From: Candidatus Hadarchaeum sp.
GTDB lineage: Archaea > Hadarchaeota > Hadarchaeia > Hadarchaeales > Hadarchaeaceae
NCBI RefSeq assembly: GCF_049969415.1
Contig: NZ_JBMFOX010000003.1
Span: 8,960 to 72,959, forward strand
Length of the DNA stretch: 64,000 bases
Reading direction: 5' to 3'
Part shown: positions 19,048-27,388 of the stretch, in pieces
Position numbering within the stretch: the stretch's first letter is position 1
Layout of the letters: each line of letters begins with the position of its first letter
Program-made: the position numbers and the translations under genes
The notes under the pieces: generated by a model
Told to the model about the DNA's origin: nothing
The model's database searches: none
The model's input: only the letters and a program-made list of their open reading frames with translations

Positions 19048-19746
19048 CTATGTTATTCTCGAATAAATATCTGGGACTTTTCTTGTCCTCAGTAGATTCT
19101 CAATCTCCTTTCCGCTTCGGATCTTTGAGGCATCGAACCTATCGAGGTGCGTGAATTCATCTACCGGCCGCCTGAAACGCGGTGAGACGCGCTTCGCAGG
19201 GAAACCGAGCTGGAGGACTTCAATTATCTTGATGCATGGTAAGACACCTAAGAGTCGGCTGAGCCGCTTCCTGGTCAAGTGAAAATTTACGGTTCCCCAG
19301 CTGAGCCCTAGCCCGAGGGCCCTTGCTGCCAAGATCATGTTCTGAATGGCCGCCCCCATGCTGACATCTAAGATTTCTTCTCTGTAGCTGGTCTTTGGAT
19401 AAGCCCTTGTGAATCGTTTGTCGGCGCAGACCACGATCAAAACGGGAGGTTCAGTGAACCTCCTTCGTAAAACCTCACTGCTGTAGAAGGGAAATTTCCT
19501 GTCCAATTTTTTGGCCCTTTCGTAAGTCTCGGCGAAAATTTGGGCTATTTTCTCCTTTACTTCTGAATCCTTCACCACGATGAAGTCCCATGGCTGTGTA
19601 TTGGCACCTGATGGGGCCCACCTAGCGGCCTCAAGTATTTTTTCTATAAGTTTGTCAGGAACAGATTTGGGCTTAAAGTGTCGGACGGTGCCCTGCCCGC
19701 TCATGAGCTTGAGCAGTGTTTCGAACTCAGATTTTCCAGCTGACAC
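19048..19746 (-). CDS. nitroreductase family flavoprotein
   Basis: ILEAARWAPSGANTQPW.F.VV, AIQNMILAARALGLG. Confidence 0.9.
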   Translation of the reverse strand: MSAGKSEFETLLKLMSGQGTVRHFKPKSVPDKLIEKILEAARWAPSGANTQPWDFIVVKDSEVKEKIAQIFAETYERAKKLDRKFPFYSSEVLRRRFTEPPVLIVVCADKRFTRAYPKTSYREEILDVSMGAAIQNMILAARALGLGLSWGTVNFHLTRKRLSRLLGVLPCIKIIEVLQLGFPAKRVSPRFRRPVDEFTHLDRFDASKIRSGKEIENLLRTRKVPDIYSRIT

Positions 19747-20984
19747 CTTTGTCCCCCCTTTCTATAATCCCGTCGAATATACTTACCCCATCCGGGTTTG
19801 CTCACGATTTCACCGTCCTCCATCACGATTTTTCCACGCACCAAGGTTAACCACGGCACGCCCACAATCTCCCAACCAGCAAAGGGTGTGTAACCAGCTT
19901 TAGTATGCAAATTCTCTATCTTTATTCTGGTCCTTTTCCTTAAATCAATGATTGTTAAATCGGCATCCGCCCCTACTCTTATTGACCCCTTCCGCGGGTA
20001 AAGGCCTAATCTCCGAGCCGGGTTCTCGGAAGTGACTTTCACAAAGGTTTCCATTGAAATTAAATTTTTTCTTACACCGTAGGTCAGCAAGAGTGGTATT
20101 CTTGTTTCGACCCCGGCCACACCCGACCCCGCTTTCCAGATATCTTTCCATCCCGCTTCAACTTCGGAGAGCGGCATTGGCCAGTGATCACTCGAGACCA
20201 TATCTATTCCTCCGTTTTTCAATCCCTTCCAAAGGGCCACTCTGTTTTCCTCGCTTCTTATGGGAGGATTGCATTTCAAATATGGGCCGAGTTTCTTCAT
20301 GTCTTCTTTCCGGAAAAGAAGGTGATGGGGAAGGGCCTCGGTGCTTACATCCTGCCCGTGGGCCCTTGCACGCACCACCAGATCAAGGCCGAGCTTCGTG
20401 CTCAAGTGGAAAATATGGAGGCGAACGCCCGCCTCACGTGCAAAAAGTAATGCCTTTGAGATCGCCTCTGCCTCTGCTATCTCTGGCCTAGCTTCACAGT
20501 GTGCGAGGGGATCCTTTCTTCTCTTAAGTTTTTTCATAAAGTGGGAGACGATTTCCCAGTTTTCCGCATGAACCCCGGCGATGCAGCCCGTTTTTCCGAT
20601 GATTTTAAAAGCATCGAGCAGGGTGCCGTCTTCAACCCTCTCGAGTTCAGGTATGGATTCAGCCATGTAAATTTCACCGAATGCCATCACGCCTTCAGCA
20701 GCGAGCTTCGGCAGCTGGTCCAAGTTTTTTGACGTGACCGCACCGTTAATTCCGAAGTCCACGATCGCTTTCCCTTCCGCAGCCTTGATAATCTCCCTTA
20801 GATTTTTTGGGCTGGTTGATGGTGGGTTGGTGTTGCCATGGTCGACCACCAAAGTGGTGCCACCCGCGGCCGCGGATTCTGTTCCCGTTTTCCAGTCCTC
20901 CCTGTAAGTGTAACCCGGATCTTGAAAGTGCACATGAAAATCTATCCCGCCAGGAAGGACAATTTTTCCATTGCAATTTATCAC
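19701..20984 (-). CDS. cyclic amidohydrolase (dihydropyrimidinase/allantoinase/dihydroorotase family), N-terminally truncated
   Basis: PGGIDFHVHF, AAAGGTT, VHAEN, HIFHLS, KCNPPIR, SDH, KG.I.VGADAD; in-frame stop at 21006-21008 only 7 codons upstream. Confidence 0.85.
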   Translation of the reverse strand: MINCNGKIVLPGGIDFHVHFQDPGYTYREDWKTGTESAAAGGTTLVVDHGNTNPPSTSPKNLREIIKAAEGKAIVDFGINGAVTSKNLDQLPKLAAEGVMAFGEIYMAESIPELERVEDGTLLDAFKIIGKTGCIAGVHAENWEIVSHFMKKLKRRKDPLAHCEARPEIAEAEAISKALLFAREAGVRLHIFHLSTKLGLDLVVRARAHGQDVSTEALPHHLLFRKEDMKKLGPYLKCNPPIRSEENRVALWKGLKNGGIDMVSSDHWPMPLSEVEAGWKDIWKAGSGVAGVETRIPLLLTYGVRKNLISMETFVKVTSENPARRLGLYPRKGSIRVGADADLTIIDLRKRTRIKIENLHTKAGYTPFAGWEIVGVPWLTLVRGKIVMEDGEIVSKPGWGKYIRRDYRKGGQRCQLENLSSKHCSSS

Positions 20985-20994
20985 CCTGTCGGCG

Positions 20995-21944
20995 GGCGGC
21001 CGAATTTATTTCTCACAGGGAAACCTCAACAGAGCTATCGGGTACAATTCCGTTCCGACGTCCAGAAATCAGGTGCTCGATTTCATCATTTGAAGCCCGG
21101 ATTTCTCCACCAACACGCCAACCGCAAATTTCTTCATCCAGAACGGGGTGCCGGCCTCAAACGGAAAGAATCTCTTCGTTACCTCTGACTTTGATCGAAA
21201 GCTCTACGTCTGGAAAAGCCTTCCCGACCAAAGCGGCGCCTTTCCGGACATAGTGTATTCTCTGCAGGATGGGCCTTCACCGCGCTGTGGGAGAACACCC
21301 TCGCGCTCGCGGGGCAGAAAACTGTATATTTGGAGGAAACTCCCGCTGGAGGGGGACCTGCCGGACACGATCATCCAGGGTAGGATGGGGAGCATCGCCT
21401 TTCAAGATCTGAAGGGAGTAGCTTTGGACGACCGCTATTTCTACCTGGCGGACTATGGCGCGGAAAAGGTTTACGTATGGGAGGGGTTGCCGGACGAGAA
21501 CCTGAATCCCTCACCCAAGTTCACTCTGAATGAAGACCCTCGGCGACTTTATTCTGAAGGCGAGTACCTCTCAGTCGACACAATCTACGACCATTCCGTC
21601 AAGATTTACCGGGTGGCAGAGATTTCAAACAACGCTGCTCCCGTTGCCTCTGTCGGCGGTCCAGGGCGGATGAACGGGCCCTAGGGCGCAGCAGTGAGAC
21701 AGGGACATCTGTTCCTTGCGGATACGGGCTTCCACCGTGTTCTGGTCTGGGAGGACGTTGAGGAGGCGATATCAGGAAAATGGCCGCCGGATGTCATCTT
21801 GGGGAAGGGAGGCATCGTGATCGTCAGCCCAGAATCGGTCGTGACAGCCTCTTCAATCCGGCCGGAATTTGCTTTGACGGTGATTATCTCTGGGTCGGGG
21901 AGTTCAAGTTCTCAAACAGGATAGTGAGGTTCAGCCCTTTGTAG
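20995..21944 (+). pseudogene. decayed beta-propeller (NHL-repeat-like) protein fragment
   Basis: Repeats such as LFVTSDFDRKLYVW, FYLADYGAEKVYVW, LFLADTGFHRVLVW; in-frame TGA 21091, TAG 21682 and apparent frameshifts; no start codon. Confidence 0.72.
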
Positions 21945-22020
21945 ATCAAGTTGCTCCGGATTCAGCCGTTTATCAAAAATGAAAAAAGGCAGCCACCCTA
22001 AGAGAGTTCTGTGGTGGAAG

Positions 22021-22812
22021 ATGTTGACTTTTATCGGGCTCGGGCTTGGGGCCGATGGGATTTCGCTGCAGGGGCTCAGGGCGGCCCAGGAGGCCGACGT
22101 CGTTTATGCTGAGCTGTACACCAGCCTGCTGCCCGGCCTGGTCCTAGCCCAGCTGGAGAAAAGGATCGGAAAGCGGGTCCGTGTGGTCAGCCGCAGAGAT
22201 GTAGAGGAGGACCCCGGAGAAATTCTGGATCATGCCCGGTGGAAAAAGGTAGCTTTCTTGGTCCCCGGAGACCCGATGATCGCGACCACGCACGTCGACC
22301 TGCGCCTCCGCGCCGCCAAGGCCGGAATCGGGACCAAGATCGTGCACGCGGCCTCGATAGCCTCCGCGGCCGCCGGGTTGCTCGGCCTGCAGAGCTACAA
22401 GTTCGGGCCTTCGGCAACGGTTCCCTTTCCCGACAATCCTTCAACCCGACCCTACGAGGTCCTGGCAGAAAACCTGAAGCACGGCTGGCACACGATGCTG
22501 TTCCTTGATCTCCGGGACAAGGAGAGGGCCATGACCGCCCCGGAGGCGATCCGGTTGCTGTTAGGGCTGGAGGAGCGGCTAAGGGGAGGCTTTTTCACCC
22601 CCGATCTCCTCTTGGCCGTGGTGGCCCGGGCGGGGGCCGACGATTGTTTGGTCCGTGCCGATCAGGTGGAGAGGCTGCAACGCGAGGATTTCGGCCCGCC
22701 GCCCCACCTGCTGGTGGCTCCCGGCCGGCTGCATTTTGTTGAGGCCGAGGCGTTGCAGGTGTTTGCGGGAGCGCCGAAGGAGGTGCTGGTATGGCATATG
22801 ACACGGCGATAA
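22021..22812 (+). CDS. dph5: diphthine synthase
   Basis: MLTFIGLGL, YAELYTS, GDPMIATTH, GLQSYKFG, HTMLFLD, LHFVEAEAL. Confidence 0.95.
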   Translation: MLTFIGLGLGADGISLQGLRAAQEADVVYAELYTSLLPGLVLAQLEKRIGKRVRVVSRRDVEEDPGEILDHARWKKVAFLVPGDPMIATTHVDLRLRAAKAGIGTKIVHAASIASAAAGLLGLQSYKFGPSATVPFPDNPSTRPYEVLAENLKHGWHTMLFLDLRDKERAMTAPEAIRLLLGLEERLRGGFFTPDLLLAVVARAGADDCLVRADQVERLQREDFGPPPHLLVAPGRLHFVEAEALQVFAGAPKEVLVWHMTRR

Positions 22813-23483
22813 CTCCCGAGGAGATGAGGGCCATCGAGGCTCGTGCTGAACGACTGGGGGTCACCCGGCTGCAGCTGATGGAAAACGCGGGCAAGGGGGT
22901 GGCCGATTTCATCGCCCGGATGGATCCAGCGGGGATGAAGGTGGTGGTCGTGGCGGGCACGGGGAACAACGGCGGCGATGGCTTCGTCGTCGCCAGGCAC
23001 ATGGCCGCCTACGAGTCGTTGGTCAAGGTCTTCCTCCTGGGCCGGGATGAGGAGGTTAAGACCGCCGAGGCCGCGCACAACCTGAGGATACTGAGACAGA
23101 TGAGGGGGAGCGTGGAGCTGGTTACCCTTGCCGGCGCCGATTTCATGGAAAGGCTCGGGAAGGCGCTCGCCGAGGCCGACGTCATCGTCGACGCCATCTT
23201 CGGCACCGGGATCAAGGGACAGCTCCGGGAGCCCCACGCCTCGGTGATTGACATGATTAACCGCAGCCGGGCCTACCGGCTCGCGGTCGATGTTCCCTCA
23301 GGGCTGGACCCTCTCACCGGTGAGGTCTGCGGCCGGGCGGTGCGGGCCAACGCCACCCTCACCTTCCACCGGCCGAAGAAGGGGCTGCTGCTCCGCGGGG
23401 ACCTCGTCGGGGAGCTGCTGGTGGTGAACATTGGGATACCTCCCGAGGCCGATGTGGGTGGTGGGGATGAAGCTGGAAGATGA
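22791..23483 (+). CDS. nnrE: NAD(P)H-hydrate epimerase (YjeF N-terminal domain)
   Basis: LMENAG, GTGNNGGDGFV, DAIFGTG, AVDVPSG. Confidence 0.94.
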   Translation: MAYDTAITPEEMRAIEARAERLGVTRLQLMENAGKGVADFIARMDPAGMKVVVVAGTGNNGGDGFVVARHMAAYESLVKVFLLGRDEEVKTAEAAHNLRILRQMRGSVELVTLAGADFMERLGKALAEADVIVDAIFGTGIKGQLREPHASVIDMINRSRAYRLAVDVPSGLDPLTGEVCGRAVRANATLTFHRPKKGLLLRGDLVGELLVVNIGIPPEADVGGGDEAGR

Positions 23484-23712
23484 GCTCCGGGCGGAGATCG
23501 AGAAGTGGACGCGGCGGCTGGATGAGTCCCTCGCCGGCGTTCAGCCCTCGGGGGAGCATGGCGCTAGGATGCTGGAGAACATCCGGGCCTACCGCGCTGA
23601 CTCGGGACATTTCTATCAACGTGGGGACCTGATCCGGAGCTTCGAATGCCTGGTCTGGGCTTGGGCGATTCTGGAGGTCGGGAAGGAGCTGGGACACCTA
23701 ACGGGGCCGTAA
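23467..23712 (+). CDS. DUF357 domain protein
   Basis: NIRAYRADSGHF...GD...FE...WAW.ILE pattern. Confidence 0.85.
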   Translation: MKLEDELRAEIEKWTRRLDESLAGVQPSGEHGARMLENIRAYRADSGHFYQRGDLIRSFECLVWAWAILEVGKELGHLTGP

Positions 23713-23787
23713 CTCTGGAAATCCTGGCCGCGGCCGGCGATATCTTAAAAGCCAAGAAATTGATTTTGGTCCAAAGAGGTGTGCCTA

Positions 23788-24558
23788 ATGCTGGAGCTGA
23801 TCCTGTTTTCTTCCGGTCTGCTGATCGCCACCCTGTTCTCCATGATCGGGCTGGCGGGCGGCTCCTTCATCGTCCCCATGATGGTTCTCGCCTTTGGCCT
23901 GCCCACGCAGCAGGCGGTCGGTGTCAGCCTCTTTGCCGTGATGTTCACCACCATCTCCGCGACGCTGGCCTACGCGGTCCAACGAAAGATCCATTTCAAG
24001 GTCGGGCTGCTGCTCGACACCTTGGATGTTCCCGGCGCCTTCCTCGGGGCCTATCTCACCACGCTGGTCGCCTCGAACTGGCTGGCCGGGATGTTCGGTG
24101 GGCTGCTGATCTTCCTCGCCGCCCGGATGTTTCAGAGGAGGAATTCGGTTAGGGAGATTGAAACCACGGAATCACTGCGGCTGAGCCGGCGCGTGGTCGC
24201 CGCCACCGTTCTGGGCAGCCTCGCCAGCGGAATCGTCTCGGGAATGTTCGGGGTCGGCGGCGGCGTCATCGATGAGCTGGTCATGATCCTGATGCTGGGC
24301 ATGAGCATCCGGCTTTCCGCGGGCACGGCGATGTTCGGCATGGCCATCACCACGGTGGCCGCGCTTGTTCCCCACTGGCTGCTGGGCAACGTCCTGCTGG
24401 AGTATGCGGTGCCGCTGACGATCGGTTGCGTCATCGGCGGTCAGATCGGGCCCTACCTCTCCAAGCGGACTTCAGCGGCCATACTGAGGAGGATCCTGGC
24501 GGCGGTCTTCGTCGTCATCGGGGTCAGGATGCTGCTGGTGTCGTTTCTGGGCGGTTGA
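23788..24558 (+). CDS. TauE/SafE family membrane protein
   Basis: hydrophobic; GLAGG..IVP and GMFGVGGG repeats. Confidence 0.88.
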   Translation: MLELILFSSGLLIATLFSMIGLAGGSFIVPMMVLAFGLPTQQAVGVSLFAVMFTTISATLAYAVQRKIHFKVGLLLDTLDVPGAFLGAYLTTLVASNWLAGMFGGLLIFLAARMFQRRNSVREIETTESLRLSRRVVAATVLGSLASGIVSGMFGVGGGVIDELVMILMLGMSIRLSAGTAMFGMAITTVAALVPHWLLGNVLLEYAVPLTIGCVIGGQIGPYLSKRTSAAILRRILAAVFVVIGVRMLLVSFLGG

Positions 24559-24612
24559 ACCTAGTTTTCGGCGTGAACATTTTTAATCTGAAAAACGAGT
24601 TTATTCGGTTGC

Positions 24613-25389
24613 ATGCGGCTGCTGCTCCGGCTGAAGTCGGTTAAGGATCAGTTCTATGACCTGAGGTACCACCACAAGCTCCAGGGGTTCATCTACAGCC
24701 TGCTTGATGGGTCGCCCTACGTCAGGCTGCATGATAAAAGGGGATACAAGTTCTTCTGCTTCTCGAACATCTTTCCTGAAAGGGGCGAGAAAAATGATCC
24801 AGCCCAGGACATGTCGGCAGGCGAGGTCAGGCAGCTTTTGATCTCTTCGCCGGAGGTTGGGCTGATCGGGTTTTTGAATGACAGATTGGTTAAGATTGTG
24901 GATGAAAGAGCTGAGGTCAACATCGGGGACATGTCCTTTAGGGTCGAGTCGGTTAACGCCCTTGAGCCTAGACTGGGCAGGTCATGCAGGCTGGTCACCG
25001 GGACGCCGATCGTGCTCCGCATACCAAAGGAGAGGTTTGAGAGCTACGGCATCGTTCCGCCTAGGGATTACGATTACGTTTACTGGAGAAAGGAATGGCC
25101 CTTTGAACCCTTCGTAAAGCAGCTGGAGGAAAACCTGTTTAAGAAATATCGCGAGTTTTACGGCGGGGCGGCCGAGGAGTTCCCCATCTTTGAGCAGTTC
25201 GTGTTCAAGAAGACGGTCTGCAATCACGTCGTAATGGGGGGGAAGGAGGTCAAGATGCTCGGTTCCATCTGGGAGTTCCACTTCAGCTATTTGGAGGGCA
25301 AAAAGCGGGAGTTGATTCAGTTTGGTCTGGATGCCGGGTTCGGAGAGCTGAACTCAATGGGGTTCGGGTTTATGAACGTGGTGAGGTGA
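24613..25389 (+). CDS. cas6: CRISPR-associated endoribonuclease Cas6 (orphan in this window)
   Basis: YHHKLQGFIY, LHD..GYKFFCFS, TPIVL, NL.KKY, C-terminal G-rich loop GFGELNSMGFG. Confidence 0.92.
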   Translation: MRLLLRLKSVKDQFYDLRYHHKLQGFIYSLLDGSPYVRLHDKRGYKFFCFSNIFPERGEKNDPAQDMSAGEVRQLLISSPEVGLIGFLNDRLVKIVDERAEVNIGDMSFRVESVNALEPRLGRSCRLVTGTPIVLRIPKERFESYGIVPPRDYDYVYWRKEWPFEPFVKQLEENLFKKYREFYGGAAEEFPIFEQFVFKKTVCNHVVMGGKEVKMLGSIWEFHFSYLEGKKRELIQFGLDAGFGELNSMGFGFMNVVR

Positions 25390-25456
25390 AAAGGGTTGGT
25401 TCGGGTCAGATGGTGAAAGCTTATTTTTACAGCGACAGAATGTTGGGCGGGAGAAG

Positions 25457-25864
25457 ATGGGTGAAAAAGAGGAGATAATCAAGAAAATCGTGGAGACTCT
25501 GTGGGGTTTTAAAGAGGTTGAGCTGGCTTACGTGTTCGGCTCCTTTTACGCCGGGAGAGAGTTTGAGGACATAGACATCGCGATATTGTTATCGAAGCCA
25601 CCCTCGGCGTACGAGTCCGAGAGGTTTGCCATGAAGGTCGCGGGGGCGCTTGAAACTGCGCTGGGGCACAAATTTGAGTTCGACGTGAAGGTTCTCAATT
25701 TCTCCCCGATCTACTTCCAGCATGAGGTCATCAGGGACGGCAAACTGCTCTTTTGCAGGGATGAAACCAAACGGGTCGAGTATGAGGCCGGGGTTCTGTC
25801 CGAGTACCTGGACTATCGGGAGGTCCTGGACTGGTTTGATGAAAAATTGCTCGCGAGGGCTTGA
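25457..25864 (+). CDS. minimal nucleotidyltransferase (MNT) antitoxin
   Basis: YVFGS....DIDIAI, FDV.VLN.SP. Confidence 0.9.
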   Translation: MGEKEEIIKKIVETLWGFKEVELAYVFGSFYAGREFEDIDIAILLSKPPSAYESERFAMKVAGALETALGHKFEFDVKVLNFSPIYFQHEVIRDGKLLFCRDETKRVEYEAGVLSEYLDYREVLDWFDEKLLARA

Positions 25865-25865
25865 G

Positions 25866-26294
25866 ATGTTCGACAAAAGGGGGATAATTGATCACATAAG
25901 GGAACTCGAGCAGGCGATGGAGGACTGGCGGAGGTACCGGAGCATCCCGCTCGAGGAGTTGCGGCGGGATAGGGACAAGCGGAACATGGTCCTGCACGCC
26001 CTGCTGGTCGGCATCCAGGCAACGATCGACATAGCGAACCACCTGATAGCCGAGCGTAGCCTGAAAAGGCCATCGACCTACCGGGAGAGCTTTCAGATAC
26101 TCTCGGAGACGGGCTTGATCCCATCCGGGCTCTCCGATGGGCTGTCGGAACTGGCCGGTTTCAGAAATGTGCTGGTCCACCTCTACTGGGGGCTCGATAT
26201 CGAAAAGGTTTACGGGGTATTGGTGTCCGGGCTGAAGGTCGTGGAGGAGTTTGGAAAACTTGTGAAAAAAATGATATCCTCAGGGGGTCCTTAG
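25866..26294 (+). CDS. HEPN/DUF86 ribonuclease toxin
   Basis: IDIANHLI, P.TYRE.F, FRNVLVHLY (Rx4H). Confidence 0.92.
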   Translation: MFDKRGIIDHIRELEQAMEDWRRYRSIPLEELRRDRDKRNMVLHALLVGIQATIDIANHLIAERSLKRPSTYRESFQILSETGLIPSGLSDGLSELAGFRNVLVHLYWGLDIEKVYGVLVSGLKVVEEFGKLVKKMISSGGP

Positions 26295-26318
26295 AGGTGT
26301 TGGCCTTTACTTGCTGGG

Positions 26319-26640
26319 TTGAGGGCCAGAGGGCGGACGCTGAAAACGCGCAACTACCCTATCGTTCCGGACAGAAAGTCGATGATCGGGCTGGACCTCA
26401 AGGGGATTTACGACGAGATGGGCAGGCGCACCTTCGGTAGATGGATGTCGTTCAAGGGGATGAATATCCACATGGTCTCAGCTGAGGCGGCGTTCCACAC
26501 ATCGCTGAAGTGATTGCAGTTAAGATGAATATCCACATGGTCTCAGCTGAGGGCACCATCGCCAGCAAGGTGGTGTTCGGCAGCGAGCAGGACCTAAAGG
26601 ACGCCGAGGTGAAAGATTGTAGGGGGCATCACCAGATTGG
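26319..26640 (+). pseudogene. nucleotidyltransferase-like gene remnant interrupted by a duplication
   Basis: Removing one repeat plus the insert gives ...IHMVSAEGTIASKVVFGSEQDLKDAE, resembling the xEDxIxxK...xDxxD C-terminus of AbiEii/DUF6036-like NTases. Confidence 0.45.
26459..26552. repeat. perfect 29-bp direct repeat (26459-26487, 26524-26552) separated by 36 bp
   Basis: GATGAATATCCACATGGTCTCAGCTGAGG x2. Confidence 0.95.
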
Positions 26641-26699
26641 AACCTTCCCCCTTTTCATACGCGCTTTTTAGGGGTCCGCTGAAAAGTTTTGAGGACTAG

Positions 26700-27118
26700 C
26701 TGAATCAAGTCGTTGTTCTTGGAAAAAGGGCGGAGATGCCGGCTCCGTCCTCGGGAGGGAAGCCAGAGAAGGCAGCGAAAGCGACGTTTTGGTGGAGATC
26801 GAAAGCAATATGAGTTTGCTCGATTTCGTGGTGGCTCAAGCCGGAGATAGAAGTTTGGGAGAGAAAAATCGATTTGGTTGAATATGGCATGATTAAGCCC
26901 CTTCATAGAGTGAGGATCAAAGAGCAAGCGGCAACCTGCGAAGAGGGTTGTGAAGGTATACTCCGCAATATCTTAGAAAACATCTTAAAAAATAGAAGAA
27001 TGCATCAAGGCGGTTTCCAAAATAGGGGACTCGTTTATACTTTGGTTTTAAATTGGAGAGAACTTTGAAAATAGTTAAAGATTACATTCCGGATTTGGAA
27101 GGTAAAATGAAGATGTAA
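26700..27118 (+). pseudogene. second, decayed MNT-HEPN(DUF86) toxin-antitoxin pair
   Basis: Frameshifted pieces: GS...EAREGSESDVLVEIESNMSLLDFV / RKIDLVEY..IKP (MNT); LRNILENI / YFGF.LE....IVKD.IPDL (DUF86). Confidence 0.6.
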
Positions 27119-27388
27119 GAAGTTCTCCCAAAAGGAGTCCCGTAGATACGGCTTTTACGGGAGAAAAGGAAGGCGCTCGGATAAATCCAAGGTGAGTTGG
27201 TGCAACTTTCTAATTACAATGACAAACAATGCCTCTGGAGAGCGGCCCTGTGTCAGCGGACTAATAGTCCATCTCAATTTTTACAAATTCGAAAAAATGG
27301 TAACAACCACCCCTCCGGTCAGCTGAGAGCGAGATGACGTTAAGGAGGAAAAACAGGGCGATTTTAAGATTCCTTGGCGGGGCGGCTG

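Noticed and set aside
21091-21093. In-frame TGA as selenocysteine
   Set aside because: Context suggests a mutated Gly codon in a frameshifted beta-propeller remnant; no redox motif or SECIS seen.
26459-26552. Calling this a bona fide CRISPR array
   Set aside because: Only two repeats, no leader, embedded in a gene remnant; reported as a repeat and a hypothesis instead.
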